64,000 nt of DNA from Eukaryota sp. TZLM1-RC. Its lineage: Eukaryota > Protista > Metamonada: BaSk clade. Both the position numbers and the translations under genes were made by a program. The stretch spans positions 2,728,001-2,792,000 of the forward strand of contig JAUPSS010000002.1 of NCBI GenBank assembly GCA_040285825.1, read 5' to 3'. The notes under the pieces are model-generated. The model had not been told where the DNA came from. It saw only the letters and a list, made by a program, of their open reading frames with translations, and ran no database searches. Position 1 is the first letter of the stretch. Each line of letters starts with the position of its first letter. Shown here piece after piece: positions 35,301 through 50,300 of this stretch.

Positions 35301-38300
35301 CATTACCAGAAAGAATTAACTGACCAGATTCAACATTTAGGGTAAAGTCATTGGTGATGTACCATCCAAATTCTACAGAATTATGGTTAGAGTTAATGGT
35401 ACCTTCATTCCAAATAACCACATTAGATGAATCACCAACAGTAAATGAGCATGTTCCTGTAATATTAACAATAGAATTAGACAATACATGAATAGAAGCT
35501 TGAGCTTCACCATAAACATTACATTCAGAAAACACAGCAGAATCAATCAATTTCAATAGATGCCCATCAGTTATTGACTGTTGAGAATGAGAGTTAAACT
35601 TAAACAATTTTAAAGATTTGGTTATTCCTGAACCACTCAAGGTACCATGAGTAAATGTAAATAAGTTTAATACTTCAATAGTTGATTCCCCAGATCGTGT
35701 AGCAGTGAAACCATCTAGATGCAAGTCATCTATTAGTACAAGTTCATCTAAATTAGCATCAAAGTTGCCACCCGTAATTGTACATTCAGCAATGGTAGGA
35801 GAGTCAGTTACACTGGAACTTTCAAATAAATAGTGGCCAGATTTTAGATTAATTATTGCATTAGTTAGATTAAACAAAGCTCCCGATTTTGAAATAAATT
35901 CACTAGATTCGCCATCTAATATAAAAGTTGATTCATAAGAATTAATAATACTGGCATCGAGTAAATGATATTTACCACCAATGATTTCTAATTTGCCAAC
36001 AGACTTTGTTTCGGAAATACCATGATGAATAACAGATCCTGAAGATTTTACTTTACAGTGGTTAATTGAATCAATAACAGCACCTGATTTAAAAGATAAA
36101 TTTCCCTTTACAATATTGCAATTTAAAACATCCAACTTTCCATAGTGGTTAAGTTCGCCATTGGAAATCTTTAAATTAACACGGGTAGAAGTGAAGCTTT
36201 CTGTAAAGTTGACAGACCCATATTTAACTGTTAAACAATCAGTAGTTTCAGCTTCGCAATCAACTTGGCCATTGAAGAAAATATTGTCAGAATTAGCATA
36301 AATCATTGCATCAGTATTAATTTCAACATTAGAAGCTGAATGTTGAAGTAAATCATTATTGACATTGAGCTGAGCTAAGGAATCTAACAATAAATTACCC
36401 AAAATTTCAGTGAATTGATTAAAATCAACCTCCGAATTAGAGTGTAATGAAAAATCACCAACAGATTCAACATTAACAGAGAATATTACAACAGAGTCCT
36501 CTTCGACATACAAACCACCAAAATTTCTGATACCAGTAAAGGGGTTACAATCATCACATGCAAAAACAAAGTTCAAAGACTTGGATGAACTAGAAGAAAA
36601 GTTAAGAGAAGCTGAATGGTCAATGTAAAGAACAGCATTATTATCAAACTTTGTATCGAAAGTATCACAGCTTTCTGAAGTTAATTCAAACCTACCAGTA
36701 TTGTTGATAAATAAACGAACATTTTGTCCAAATAACTTATCCTTACAATCAGTGACTGTGATTTCATTTAAAACATGGAAGGAAGTAGAATCTTTTCCAA
36801 TAACCCCCCCATTAAAAAGCATATCCTTAACATGAATAGTGCCAAAGGAAGTGATCTTAGCCATATCATTAACTTCAAGTAAATTAACCTTGGAAATACA
36901 CTCAGGTTCATTAATTACCAAATTGGCATCATCATTTAAAATCAACCTTGTCCACTGAGGACAATTTTTGGTTCCATTGGGATGAATAACCAATTCACCA
37001 CCATTCATTTCAGTTGTTACATCCTTGAACTTAGTTTTTGAAGCTTGGTTTAATGTAACATTACCATCATTAATAATTACTGTAGAATCCGTAAATGAGG
37101 GAGATGAACCTGGTTGTGCAACAACGAGACCATTATGAATCTTGATATGGTCTAATTTAACATCAGATTCGTCATCAAAGACCAAAGAACCATCAAACAT
37201 ATCATCAATAACTACTTTCTCAACAATGGCTCCTTCTTTAAAAACAACGTGGCAATTCTCGTACATTTCGTTAATATATACCTTTGAAACTTTACTATTT
37301 TTGATGGTTACTGGACCATTACATATACCAATGATTAATTCAAGTAAGTCAGTGTCAACAATATCTAAATCAGTACCAAGTTCGGGAATATTGACTCGAT
37401 CACCATTAACGTCCTCTCTAAACAAAATAATTCCGCCAGTATAAACAATAGTTACATTAACAATTTCCGTCTGTCTCAAATCTAAAAGACCATCTCTCAT
37501 ATATAAAGTTCCTGTTTGATTTAGAGTTCCTTCAAAAAGAACATAAGAATCTTCATCGTCAATAACAACATCACCAGCCCCGCCAATGAAATCAGTAACA
37601 TTTACTCTATTACGAAGATGAATTGTGGCGTCTTGCTCAATGATGAAGTTGTCAGTAGATAAATCTGATTCTTCAAAGGAAACATTTCCTTTAGAAACAG
37701 TAATTAAAGTACTGAAAATATCCCATTCCATAGTGATTGAATCCGGTGTACTGAAATCTAATATACCAGTGGAAAAAATGGCAGAATTGTCAGTGGCAAT
37801 ATTTTGAGTATACCATCCTTCTGTTCCAGTAAAGATCATTGAGCTGTCAGTCAAAATTTCAAGAACAGATCCATCTTCGCCCATCACCGTTCCATCATTC
37901 CATTCTCCGTTATCGTAAACAACTAACATAGAACCAGACTTGAATTCCTTCTGCAATTCAGAGGTCATTTTAACATTAGAAGCGTGAGTTACAGAATCAG
38001 AATCTAGATTGCCATGAGTCCAATATAATTCTTCAACAGTTGAATTAGGACCGCCAAAAGTTCCTTTATGTAAATTCACTTTAGCAATATTGAATCGGGT
38101 AAGTCGAGTAATGACAAACTTTCCATCATTCAAGGTCAATACATTAACTTCTTGTTGATTAGAAGCAAACTGATCAATAACAACATAACCTTCAACAAAG
38201 AAATCTGTGAGATCAGGAATAAAACCATTAGTAAAGTTAAATGAACCATCAAGAACAGTAACATTGGCTTGTGCAAAAGAAACTTCTTCACCATTGACGA

Positions 38301-41300
38301 CAGTAGATCCGCCAAATTGAACATGTTTGGTCACATTTACAGAAGAATCTTGGAGGAAATCAATCTTGCCAGACTTGAAGTTGAGAATTGTATAAGAATC
38401 AACAAGACAATCATAAAAGTTCAAGCTACCCTTAATTGTATAACCTAAAAGATTGGAAATGTTTGTAGAGTCATCAAACTGAGTTGTCCCAGAAAGTTCT
38501 TGAATTTCAAAATAATTAATGTTAGACTTGGTAATCTGAGCAGTTCCGCTTTGCTTAATTACTGACAAAGTATTGACTTCAGAGTAGTGAATAATAAGTA
38601 TACCTGACATATCACAAAATTCAATATTCTGAACTGTAGCAGAATCAATAGTCAAATTACCAGAGTCTGAGACGATAAAGCATCCATGGAAATCCACAAT
38701 ACCATTGATAACCACATTACTATTGATCTCTATGGTACCAGTTCCTTGAATTTTAGAATCTTCTGAAAGAACTACATCAGAATTAAACGAAACTTTACCA
38801 TCAATTGAAACATTTAAATTCGAGTTGAAGACAGTTGGACATTTAGTGAGCAGAAGATGAGAATCCACAAGAACATTGCCTCCATTTAATTCACCAAAGC
38901 TAAATTCAAAAGTTCCATATTTAACATGTAATAATAATTGGTTATTATAAACAGCAGAGCACCCTTCAAGTTTGACCACAGATGATGTTTCAACAATAAA
39001 ATGGGGACTAGCAATCACACAGTTATCGGTACCTAGAAGAGTTCCAGATTCAAAGACTCCAGACGAAATATTGAGGTGAGTATTACAAATTTTTTCTCCA
39101 TCAGTTTTGATCGTAAACTTTTGGGGATTGAAAACATCAACACCAACAAACTCACCTGATTTGAAAACAAAATCTGACACAGACCATACAGAAGCAGAGT
39201 TGATAACACCACCTTGGAATTGGTAGTTTGCAATAATGGGATCAGAAACCAAAGAAGACACATAAAGCAATCCATCAGTTTGTTTAAACTTATTGAGGGT
39301 AAACTCATTAGAAACATCGAAAATTTCAATTAAACCGTTAGTCAAAGTTAATAGACCAGGAGAGCTTCCTATAATAGTATCTTTATCAAAAGTTAATACT
39401 GAGTCTTCAAAGTCAAAATCATAGTCAATCCCTTCCCAATTAACAGAACTGTTGATGAACGTTATAAAAGCATCATTGACTACCAGATTCGGTGAATAAA
39501 ACTTGACATTGGAATTAATGAAAGTAAATCCAGAGTTAATAGTAAAGATTGTATCCGAGGAAAGTTCAAATAAACCAGAAACAATACCAAAACCACTGGC
39601 ATTAAAGTGACCTTTTTCCAGCTTAAAATGACCATGTTCCTGGGTAACATTCCAATCGAAATTAACAACTCCAGAAGATTGAATTAACAAATCATTTCTA
39701 TTGATCAAATTAGCCCATGATAAGGATTGATTGTTAAGGTTTGACCAATTTCCCCTTTCCAATTTCAATTCACCTTCATTAATAAACTGAGTACCAACAT
39801 CACCATATAAATCATACTTGATTAACCCAGAACCATAATTCACAAATGAAGTACCTTCCCCAAGGACATGATAAATCTCATCTTCTTTTGGTTCTTCTAT
39901 TTCAGGATCTAATTCCAGTAAGAAAGTGGCTTGAGGTTCAATGAAAATAAATGAACCACCACCAAAAACACCCCTATACCAAGTGAGTGAACAAGTGATA
40001 AACAACCGACTACCAGAACTACCAGTGTAATCAGCCTTCATAATTAAATCACAAATATAAGCATCTCCTTCAATAATTAATTCAGTACCTTCAATAATGA
40101 GATTAGTATGCCTACACATGGTTGCATTTTCGCTTATAATAATTGTTCCTGCAGGTCCAATATCAGCGTAATCAAAGCAAACAAACCCATTAAAAGACAT
40201 TAAAGATCCTGGAGTCATTTTAAGTGTTGATCTATTTGCATAAAACCAAGTATCTTCATTATAAATATAGGGATAAGGAGCACCAACTTCAAGAGTAGAT
40301 CCAGGAGAGGAAAGTAAACGTGATGGATGAGAATCAAAACCTCCAGAAAGAACCTTCATAACAAAAGTTTCTGGGATTGTGATGTTTCCCTTATTCTGCA
40401 ACTCCCATTCAAACTTAAATTCAATATCTTCCCAATCAGAGGTTAAATCCATCCCATGATTCACAAAGACTACTGGTAAACTATCTGGAGTTGAATGTTG
40501 GGAAGGAATAGTGACTGGATTAGGGGAGGTCATTGGTTCATATTCATCCCAGTCATATAATACAAAATTACCAGTATCGTGGATTTCAAGTACATCATTA
40601 AACACAATGGTAGTATTAAGACCACCTCTGATATCACTTTCTTGACGCCAAATCACTGGACCATTGAAAATAACAGTGGATAAATCCTTGAATTCTTTTT
40701 CAAAAATATCAATCAAAATAGAACCTTGTTCAGCATAAGTAATTGACTCATCTTGGAAACCTCCACCAGCTCTAAACTCAAACTGATTCTTGACTGTAAC
40801 TGTATCAGTTCCTCCTCTGAATCCACCATTGATCAACAACTCATCAATTGTTATATGATGACCAGTAACCATTGAAACTATAGAATTAAAACCAAGTTCT
40901 AGGCTAGTGAAAGACACATCTGGATTAATAAAATCTTCAAAGTAAACATGAGTACCCCTAACAACAACTGATACTTCTTCAGCAATAAAAGCATCGTCAG
41001 TGATATAGAATCGACCATTGTCCTGAATAGTACATTGTTTCAAAGAAAATCTTGTTTTTAAATAAAATATACCAGCGGGATTTCGTAGCCCAAAGAAGAA
41101 ATTATTACCCTCAATGTAAGAATTGTTACCACTTTCAAACGTAAATGGACGATCATCAACACCAACAGTTGTACCAAACATTGCATAAACTGGACCAAAA
41201 GAACTGCCACCGCCAGCAAAGTAAAACTCTCCTAGAATAAGGTTCAAAACACCATAATGCAAAAAGACAAATTGGCAGTCAAATTGAGTAACAGTAACAT

Positions 41301-44300
41301 CAATACTTCCATAATTAATGAAATAGGAATCCATTATTGAGTCGTTTGTGAAAGAAGCTCTTTCCCATTTGATTAAGTCAGTGAACAGCATATGTCCTTC
41401 CTTTGCATTTATAATATTTGCACCATAACCGAGTAACTCTTGATAACCACTAAATAAAAAGTAGCCCTTATTAGTAAGTGTGGCATTTTCTTCCATTACT
41501 CTTGTAGTGTCTGGAACAGTTGCTTCGCCATTAGCCAAGCAGAAAACATTAGAATCTTTACCAAAGCCGCCAGATCCTTGCCATAAAAGCTGATTTAGTA
41601 CTTCTACTTGATCAAATCCATGGAGGAAACCGTGATCAATCAAAAGCTCGTCAATGGTCACTACACTTTCAGTGTTGAAGGTAACATTACCATACTCACA
41701 GTGAACAGTATTTAAGGGAACCATTTGAGTTACCTTATTAAAAATAGCATTACCAACAACAACAGTCAAATCAAATTGATTGACTAAAACAGCAGAATCA
41801 TCGAAAACTAAAGTACCTTCACCAACAGATACCAATTGATCAGTTTCAAAAGTACCTTGAATATAAACCGTTGTCCATTCAAAAAGATTAATAGTACCAG
41901 TTGAAAGAATATTTGAATTAGGACCCAATAATGAATCTTCAGAAGCTGAGGTGAAAGAAAAAGTTGTTCCATAATTGATTATTAAAGAACCATCACCTCG
42001 TATAAATGAAAATGCTTCAAATAAACCCATATTCAAGGTGAACTTCCCTTCTACAAAAACTCCCCAATAGGACACAACTCTCATTGAAAAAGGGTCAATT
42101 GAAGCAGTTCCAAAAATTTCAATAAAAGCATCACAGACGTTATCAGTATTAGTAAACCGATCAATACAATCAAACTGGCCATTAGATACGAACTTGAGTG
42201 AACCCTCTTCAGAAACAACTAATTTTGAACCATTGTACCCAAATAAATTACCATTGGAATTCCATTCTAGTTCTTCATGAGCAATAACAACTGCTCCTAA
42301 GCGAATTGCTTTGGGATTTTGTCCTGCAATAGTAAGAGAGGTAAACAAATCTACTGTGATATCACCAGCAAAAGATCCTCCATTCCATTCAAAAGAAGAA
42401 GAATTTCCAATAATTTGAATATCATCATTGACTCCAAAAATTTCAGCATTTTCATCTAAAAGTCCAAAACCATCAAAAGTAATTATACCTTGACCAGTAT
42501 TGAAAAGCATTAAGGAATTACCGCGAAGATCGAAACCACGTACACTTCCTAAATCATTATCAAGGGAAATGAATTGCAGAACAGCGAGATTAACGAGACG
42601 AATTTCAGCAATATCCAAATCAATTGGACCAGTAAAAGTAATAGTTCCTATAGAAAAGTGTAATAAAGAAGTGTTAAAAGTACCTTGTACAATGACTTCA
42701 ATAAAGGGAGTTAAAGGTTCAAATCTAGCAGCCTGAGAGAAACCTTCAATTACTTCGAAATAATGGGAATCTTTGTGAAAGAAATGAGTAGAATTTATAG
42801 AAGAATGACCAAACAAAAGTGCAGAGTCGCCATAACTGTAGAAATCAGAATAGACATTCAATGGTCGTCTTGGATTAATAGTACCCTCTTTGAGATGAAA
42901 TTCCCCGCTTAAAATCTCTACTGGTGCATCAAATATTCTGTAAACATTAGTAATAGCTTCTGTTAAAGGTCCCATAAATCTAATTACATTGTTTTGACTA
43001 CGTTCACGGAAATAGGCATTAATCATTTCAGTATAACCCTCAATAACAATTGTGGTAGAATGGTATAGATTAACTGCATTAGTAGTATCAATAAATAATT
43101 TAGAACCAGGAAGGAAGACTAATTTAGAAGTATCCCTTAATTGTTTAGCAGAAGGGTTGGATAGCCATTGGGTAGACCTACAGGTACCAATAGTGCCGTT
43201 ATATTTAATGTAAATAGTACCAGAGCCTTCAATTATACCACAATTCCATACAAATTCATTAGTGGTAATATCATCAGAACCGCTCTTAGTACCACCATCT
43301 ACAATAAGTGACTGGAAATTAAGGTGGTGAGAGGTACTAAATTCAGCTTCTCCATTATATAATTCAATATCAGTAAATTCAAGGGCTTCGGAAGACTTTC
43401 TAAATCGAATAAACTCATCAGAAGACATAACTAGAGATCTTGAAGTAATTTCTTCGTCAGTACCATCAATAATAAACCAACTATGAGTATTAATATTTAA
43501 TCTATCAAAGGTCCAATTGCCAGAAGCTGAACGGGAACCATCTACTAAAACGTGAGCTCTTTCAGTTAAATGAATTTCAGTAAGGTTAATAAACGCATTC
43601 TTTCCAAAAACCCAATTCCCAGTAGGTTGAATGAAAATAGGGGATAAATCCCAAGTACCATCAAATAACACCTTGTTTTCTGGCGACCATTTCCTTGTGT
43701 GAGTATTAAAATTCCAACTATCCATATGAATATTACCGTCCCCAACCCCAATCATTCCATCTTTAAAAGTATGGCTGTAATGTCGCAAATGCAGACCAGA
43801 ACCGTCCTTCATTAAGTATTTGGAAGAACCATAGGAAGTACTTGGTCCATTAAAAGTAATTTCAGTATTTTCTTCAGAGGTAAATAAATTATAGTTGTGG
43901 ATAATAAAATCCAAAGTAACACTGATACCTGGGATTGGGAAATCTAAATGATTATTATTAATAAGAGTGGGTAGATTAGATCTGGTATTGGAGATAAAAT
44001 CTACTGATGACGTGAATTCCATATGAGCATCATCTAAAACTGTCCAAGTACTGGGGCCAGTAAGATAGAAATCACCAGGGCCTCCAACATTAGCTGTATC
44101 ATGAATATTTACATATTTGCCCTTACTAAAACCTCGATCTCCTGCATCGACAGAGTGAAGCTCAATCATGAAATCAACCTCAACTTCAATAGAACCACCT
44201 AGCCACTGAGTAAAGTCCAAAGTAACAGAATCATAACCAGCTAACAGCGAATTATTATAAGAATTATCATTATAAATAGGTTGGAAATTAATACTGCTAA

Positions 44301-47300
44301 AACACGTAACTCTTGATGGATCCACAGGATTCCGCATAACGAAATGATCAAAATGAACATCATGACCTGTATTAAGCCAAATAAATCCTGAATTGATAGT
44401 AACATTGGGGTGTGACCAAGAATATTTGAAATTGTTGAACATCAAGGCACCATCATTAATAACAATACTGGGTAAGTGAACTTGATGGTCATGATTGGAA
44501 ATTTCTACTGAACCACCATTAATTGCCAAGGTTTCAATATTCAGATTATACCTAGAATTGACAATATTGAGTCTTCCACATTGATTTAATTCAAATAGTT
44601 CTACATTGTAGTCAGTATCAGCACCATCAACATTTTCGTGTAGCAAATGAACATCACAATTGGAAAGTACGAATTTTTTAATAGGATGACGTGCTGTAGA
44701 GAAGAGCTCAAACCGACCATAATTTTGCAAATGTTCTGTAAAAAGATTAAATTGACCATTATACTTCACCCAAGCTGAATTAGTTCTGAAATCAAATGTA
44801 CAAGTATCACAATTAACAATGGAAGTGGCAGTAAATAAATGATGAGTTCTAGAATTAATGGCTTGATTACTACCAAAAGCTAATTTAGTATTTGGTTGTA
44901 AATAAAAAGTTGCTCTAATAACACCACCACCATCACCAAATAATAATTCAAAGTCATTTAAATAATGAATGGTATTTACGGCAATATCAATAAACCAATC
45001 AATTCTTCTTCTATTTTGAGCTGTGGAGAAAGTGATTGTGTCCTTAACATAAATGACTGGGTAATTACTACTAGTAGTACTACTAAACCAAAAGTCTCCA
45101 GTGATATTAGTTTCGTCTTCTAAATAAAGTTTACCATTAGAATTTCCGCGAATTTGACCATTATTCACTTCAATCTCACACAAAACTTTAGCATGTAATT
45201 CAGCAAAAATATCCTTCCTGCCATTAGTTGTAAGTCTTAAAGGTTGAAGTGACTTAGTAACACCACCACAGAAGCAACCTTGTTTGAAAAAGATCTCGTT
45301 ATTTACATTAGCTATATCATTACCATCTCTCTTGGCGTTTGATCCATTCAAGACTAAGTGGTCAATGGTGACTACCTTTCCAGATGCAAGTCTTAAAGTA
45401 CCATCAAGAATTTTAACTATTGGCAATTCGGGAGAGAATGAAACAAAAGATCTTAGTTCAACTAATGAGCCAGATCTAATTTCAAAATTGGGTAAAATAA
45501 AGGTAGCACTGAGACTTTGGAATAAAAAGTTACCACCATGGGGTTTGAATACTTTAGTTTCAAATGTTGGCAAAGTAATAACGTTACAATAACCACCAGT
45601 ACCTTGCACAAAATCAACATCAATGTAGGAAATACCATTTTTGAAAACTGTTGCTGAACCGGATCGAGTAATTAATCGAGGACTTTCAATAAAAACATAA
45701 TTATCAACAGTTAAAGAAGTTTCACTAAGGATTTCAGTACTTACATGTAACTGTTTAATTGTGAATAACTTGAGAGAACCAGAATATGCATGGATAAAAG
45801 GTAGAAAAGTATTACCAGAAATAGAATTAAACTCAGTTTGACCATTAAATACAAATAGACCTTTTCTGATAATAACATTGTTAAGAATTTCACTAAACTT
45901 TACCCTAGCTGAACTAGTGGATATATTGAAATAATCATCAATAATGAGCTTCTGTTTCAAATCAATAAAGTTGACTGCTCCACGAAGATCAAATGATTTA
46001 GGAGTAAAAACATTGTTTTCAACAGTTGTGAGATCAAATCTGTGTGAACTTCCAATATAAATGCCAGACTCAAACAATAACCAATCTTGCAAGTTGTTCA
46101 TGGTTAACTTACCATTAGTGTTACTGATTCTATTGACAAAGGTGACATTTTGTGCCACGTTTTCAATGGTAGTATGTCCTGAACTCCCTGAAATAGTCAT
46201 AGTCGAAATGTTGAAATAATTATTCACAGTGTCGATATTCACCACACCATTGGTTTGAGTGAATTCATCAATATCAACTACTTGGTTTACATTATCAATA
46301 TTAAGAGTTCCTCCAGAGGAATGAATATTTAAAAGGTCGAAGATTTGGCTCCTTTCTTTAGCTTGATGCATGTTCATTGTACCTCCACTTATCGTAATTG
46401 AATCAAGCTCATAATCAGCATGTTTCGTGAAAGTAAATCTTCCGGTAGAATGTTGGAAATCTAAAGTCAGGTTGTAATAACCATTGAAATTGATAGTACC
46501 ACCAGAACTAGTTCTTAAACGTCCTTCTAAACCATTCCAAACAGAAGATTGCTTAACCGTACCAGTGCTACTACCAATATCAAATAGAGCACTGGGATAA
46601 ATAGTAAAAAGACCATCAAGATTTGAATCACTGTTACGCTGATTAAATCGTCCATTTAAAGTAAATGTTCCAGTACCAGTTTGATTAAATGGAAGATTAT
46701 TAGTTAAGGTAGAAGTTCCGTCTAATTTAACAAAGTCACCAGTGTTGAGAATAGTAGGTCTAAAAGAAACATCAGGATACTCGACACTTATATCAATATC
46801 AACAGCAGAAAAATCAAAGCTGGCTAAGTTGTCGCAAATAGATGCACCACACATTTTACCATAAAAGAAAATTCCACTATTGACTATGCTAGAGCTTCTA
46901 TAAATGAAGAACGGGAAATAATGAACTAGAGTAAGCTCACCGGAGTTTTCTAGTACAGAGTCATAAGCTAAATGTTTTGGTCTTTGAGTTTCTATTAAAG
47001 ACTCACAATTTGAATTCAAAACAAAAGTGGTTGTTGAAGTGAATGACCGAGGACTTCCAATTCTACCAGATTTCCAATTCCAATTAGAATCCACTTGCAC
47101 TGTATCAAGACCTTCAAGAATTCCGCTAATTAAATCAAGAGCACCAATATTGACATTCTGTCCAGAGTTAAATAAAACTACAGAATCTTCAATTAAAAGA
47201 GAATGAAAATGAATAAAAGTAGATTGTTTGAAATTATTCAAAGTAATAGATCCTCCACCTTGAACAGTTACAGAGTCCAACTCTAATGGAACTGCTGGGG

Positions 47301-50300
47301 AATCGAAAACAACCATACAATGGGATGTACAATGAAAATCATCAGTATAAACATCTAAAACAGTTTCAGGACCAAAGTAAAATGAACCAGAATCAAAATC
47401 AAAAGAACTTAAGGAAAATGAGGAATAAGTATTCAAGAATGAGAACCTATCCATTGAAAGAGAACCATTAAATTCAGTAACTGATCCAGGGAGTAATTCA
47501 AAGCTTTTATGTCCAAATTCATAGCCAAATTTAGTTCTAGAAGGACCCAGTCTAATACTAGCAGAGTTATGCAAATGGAAATACCCCTTATTATAACCCC
47601 CAGCGAGTAAGTAAATTGACCCATCAAGGAAATGCAATTGACCATCTGGTTCAATAAATAATTCAAAAGAACAATCGAAAGAGCCACCAACAGATCGAGA
47701 AACCCAACCAAATATTGAAAGTTTGGCTGAATTGTGGAAATTTCTAGGCGAAGTAGATCCAGTGTAAAAAAGATTAGGACCATTTAATTCAAAAACAGAA
47801 GACTGTTCGATAACGACTTCAGCATTACTAGAACCAATAATTTGCCCTCCATCATAAACTCCGTGGGTAGTAATTGTAAACAAAACACCTTGACGGAAAT
47901 TCTTAGTTCCTTCACTAGTGAGCAAAGCAGTCACAGAGGTAACATCGGTATAGAAATGTCCTGAATTAAAAACCAAATCATCAATAAATGCATGATCCGA
48001 GCCACGTAATGATGATGTGTCAATGGTAGCTCTGGTGATTAACAAATCAATATCAGTTGAACTGGTCAACTGGGAAGAAGATAATAAGAGTTCTTCAATT
48101 TGAATGGAATTGGGGTTGGAATTAAATGTAATGTCTGAATTGGAACTTTCAAGTTTAGTTACCTTCAATGATTTGGTTGTTTCAGTGATGAGCTCTGCAT
48201 TATTGATTTGTAAAAGAGAGTGGTAAATATTAGGGAAATTTTCATATTTGAGCCTTCCATCACTCACAAATACAGAATTTTTGAACGTAACCGGCTTCTT
48301 AATATCTTTCCAATGAACAAAGGACTTGGAGCCATATACTTGGTAAAAGTAAACATTCAAAGGACGATGAAGATCAAAAATGTGAAGAATTCCAGAGACT
48401 TCAAGGTGATTAAGTGTCCATAAAGGACCTGAAACACCATTGAATTCTGTTTTACCTGGGTGAAATACTGTAAGGTTATGAATTTCAAATGAACATGAAG
48501 ACTCAAAGTAAACAGACCCATATTCAATCAAAACTGAAGGATTTAAGGAAAACAAGCCATTGAAAATAACAGTTGGTGGGGTAGTAATAGAAGATTCAGT
48601 ATAACCAACATTGAGATAAGTAAATGGACCAATTAATTTGGAGTTCTCATCAAATTCATAAACTCCCTTGTCCAAAATATTAAATTCACATTCGCCAATT
48701 AATTCAAGAGTTCCAGTAAATAAAGATCCAAAAGAAAAACTGAAAAGTGTTTCATTAGCTTTTCCAATTCCATGAAACTCCACAAATAAATCAAAAATAA
48801 TAGAAACACTTGCAAATTCAACATCACCACCAAGAATTAAAACATTACGTTTACTATCTTCATTATTGGAATATAAACTGGTAAATGTTTGGAAATTAGT
48901 ATTCACAGAAGATTCCAAATCAAACAAGGAATCACTTCCAAGAAGAATAGTTGGGTTTTCTATGAAATCTATTGTGTTTTTCACCGAAATTGTAGAATCA
49001 TTAATAAATTTAAAATAGTCTGACCCTATAAAAGCTTGGGCTTCTGGACCAGTTTCAATCAAAGCACTGTCAATACTACCGCCAAACCATTCAAAATATT
49101 CGGTAACAAAAACTAAATCCTCGCCAGAAACAGTTGAATTACCATGAATTCTGACAACATCAATAGTAACATCATGATTAGTATTGAATGAAACAAAAGT
49201 ACCGTTAATGTTGAGGAATTTGAGATTGAGAGGGGTAATTAATTCATCAAAAATAAGAGAACCCCCATTTAAATCCATTCCATTTATAATTAAATTACCA
49301 GATAAATCTTTGAAAATAACATCGCCTCCAGCAACTCTTAATGAATCAATAGTGATATCCTGTTCAATAGTATCAAATTCCACAATTCCAGATAAAAGAT
49401 TAATAAAAGGAATATTCACTTCACCTTCAATGTTATTGAAGGATAGTTCAGCATCTTCGACAACTAAACCAGGAACAAAAACATTACCTCCAACAAAAGA
49501 TAATTCAAACTTACCATTAGTTATGTATAAAGGTTCATCCAAAGTAAAATTACCACCAATATTAACAAACTTAATTTCTGAATTCAGCCCAGTTAAAGAA
49601 GGAATATAAACCTTTGAGCCAACTGAATTAACCAATAACTTGGAATCAACAAGATCAAGAGGTGAGGAAATAAGGAAATTATTACCAATTTCAAAAAAAT
49701 TAAGAACACTATTGATAGAAATTAAAGAATCAATTGATAAATCACTTCCAATATAATCAATTTGTCCAAATGAATCAGTAAATGAGGCATTTTGGATAAT
49801 GAGAGACTCTTGAATTGAAACTACATTGAAAGTGCTGTTGAAAACATCTAACATTGCAGTATTAAAAGAATTTCCAATAGAACTTATATTAAAATCGCTG
49901 TCAAAGATTTCAGTAGAATTAATTAGCCAATCATTTCCAACTATGTTTGATTTGAAAGCAGAATGAACAATTGACATTGAATTTTCCACAACAAAATTGC
50001 TGTTCACCTCTCCAAAAGTAACTGTTGAATTAAGTGAATGGAAATCAGAAATTAAAACGTCTCCAGTAATAAGGCTAGAGTAAAATAGACCATCTTCTAA
50101 ATAAAATAAAGGGGTTACAAACTCACAAGACAAAGAATTTAAAACAGCCCTACCTCCTGTAATGTCAAATAAAGAAACATTGAATATACCAGTGTTTGGA
50201 CACTCAGAAAACTCAATAAAACCCCCTTTTGGTACAATTAAAGAAGAAATGTTGTAAACAGAGCCATCCATAAAGTGTAAATACCCAGAACCAAGAATTA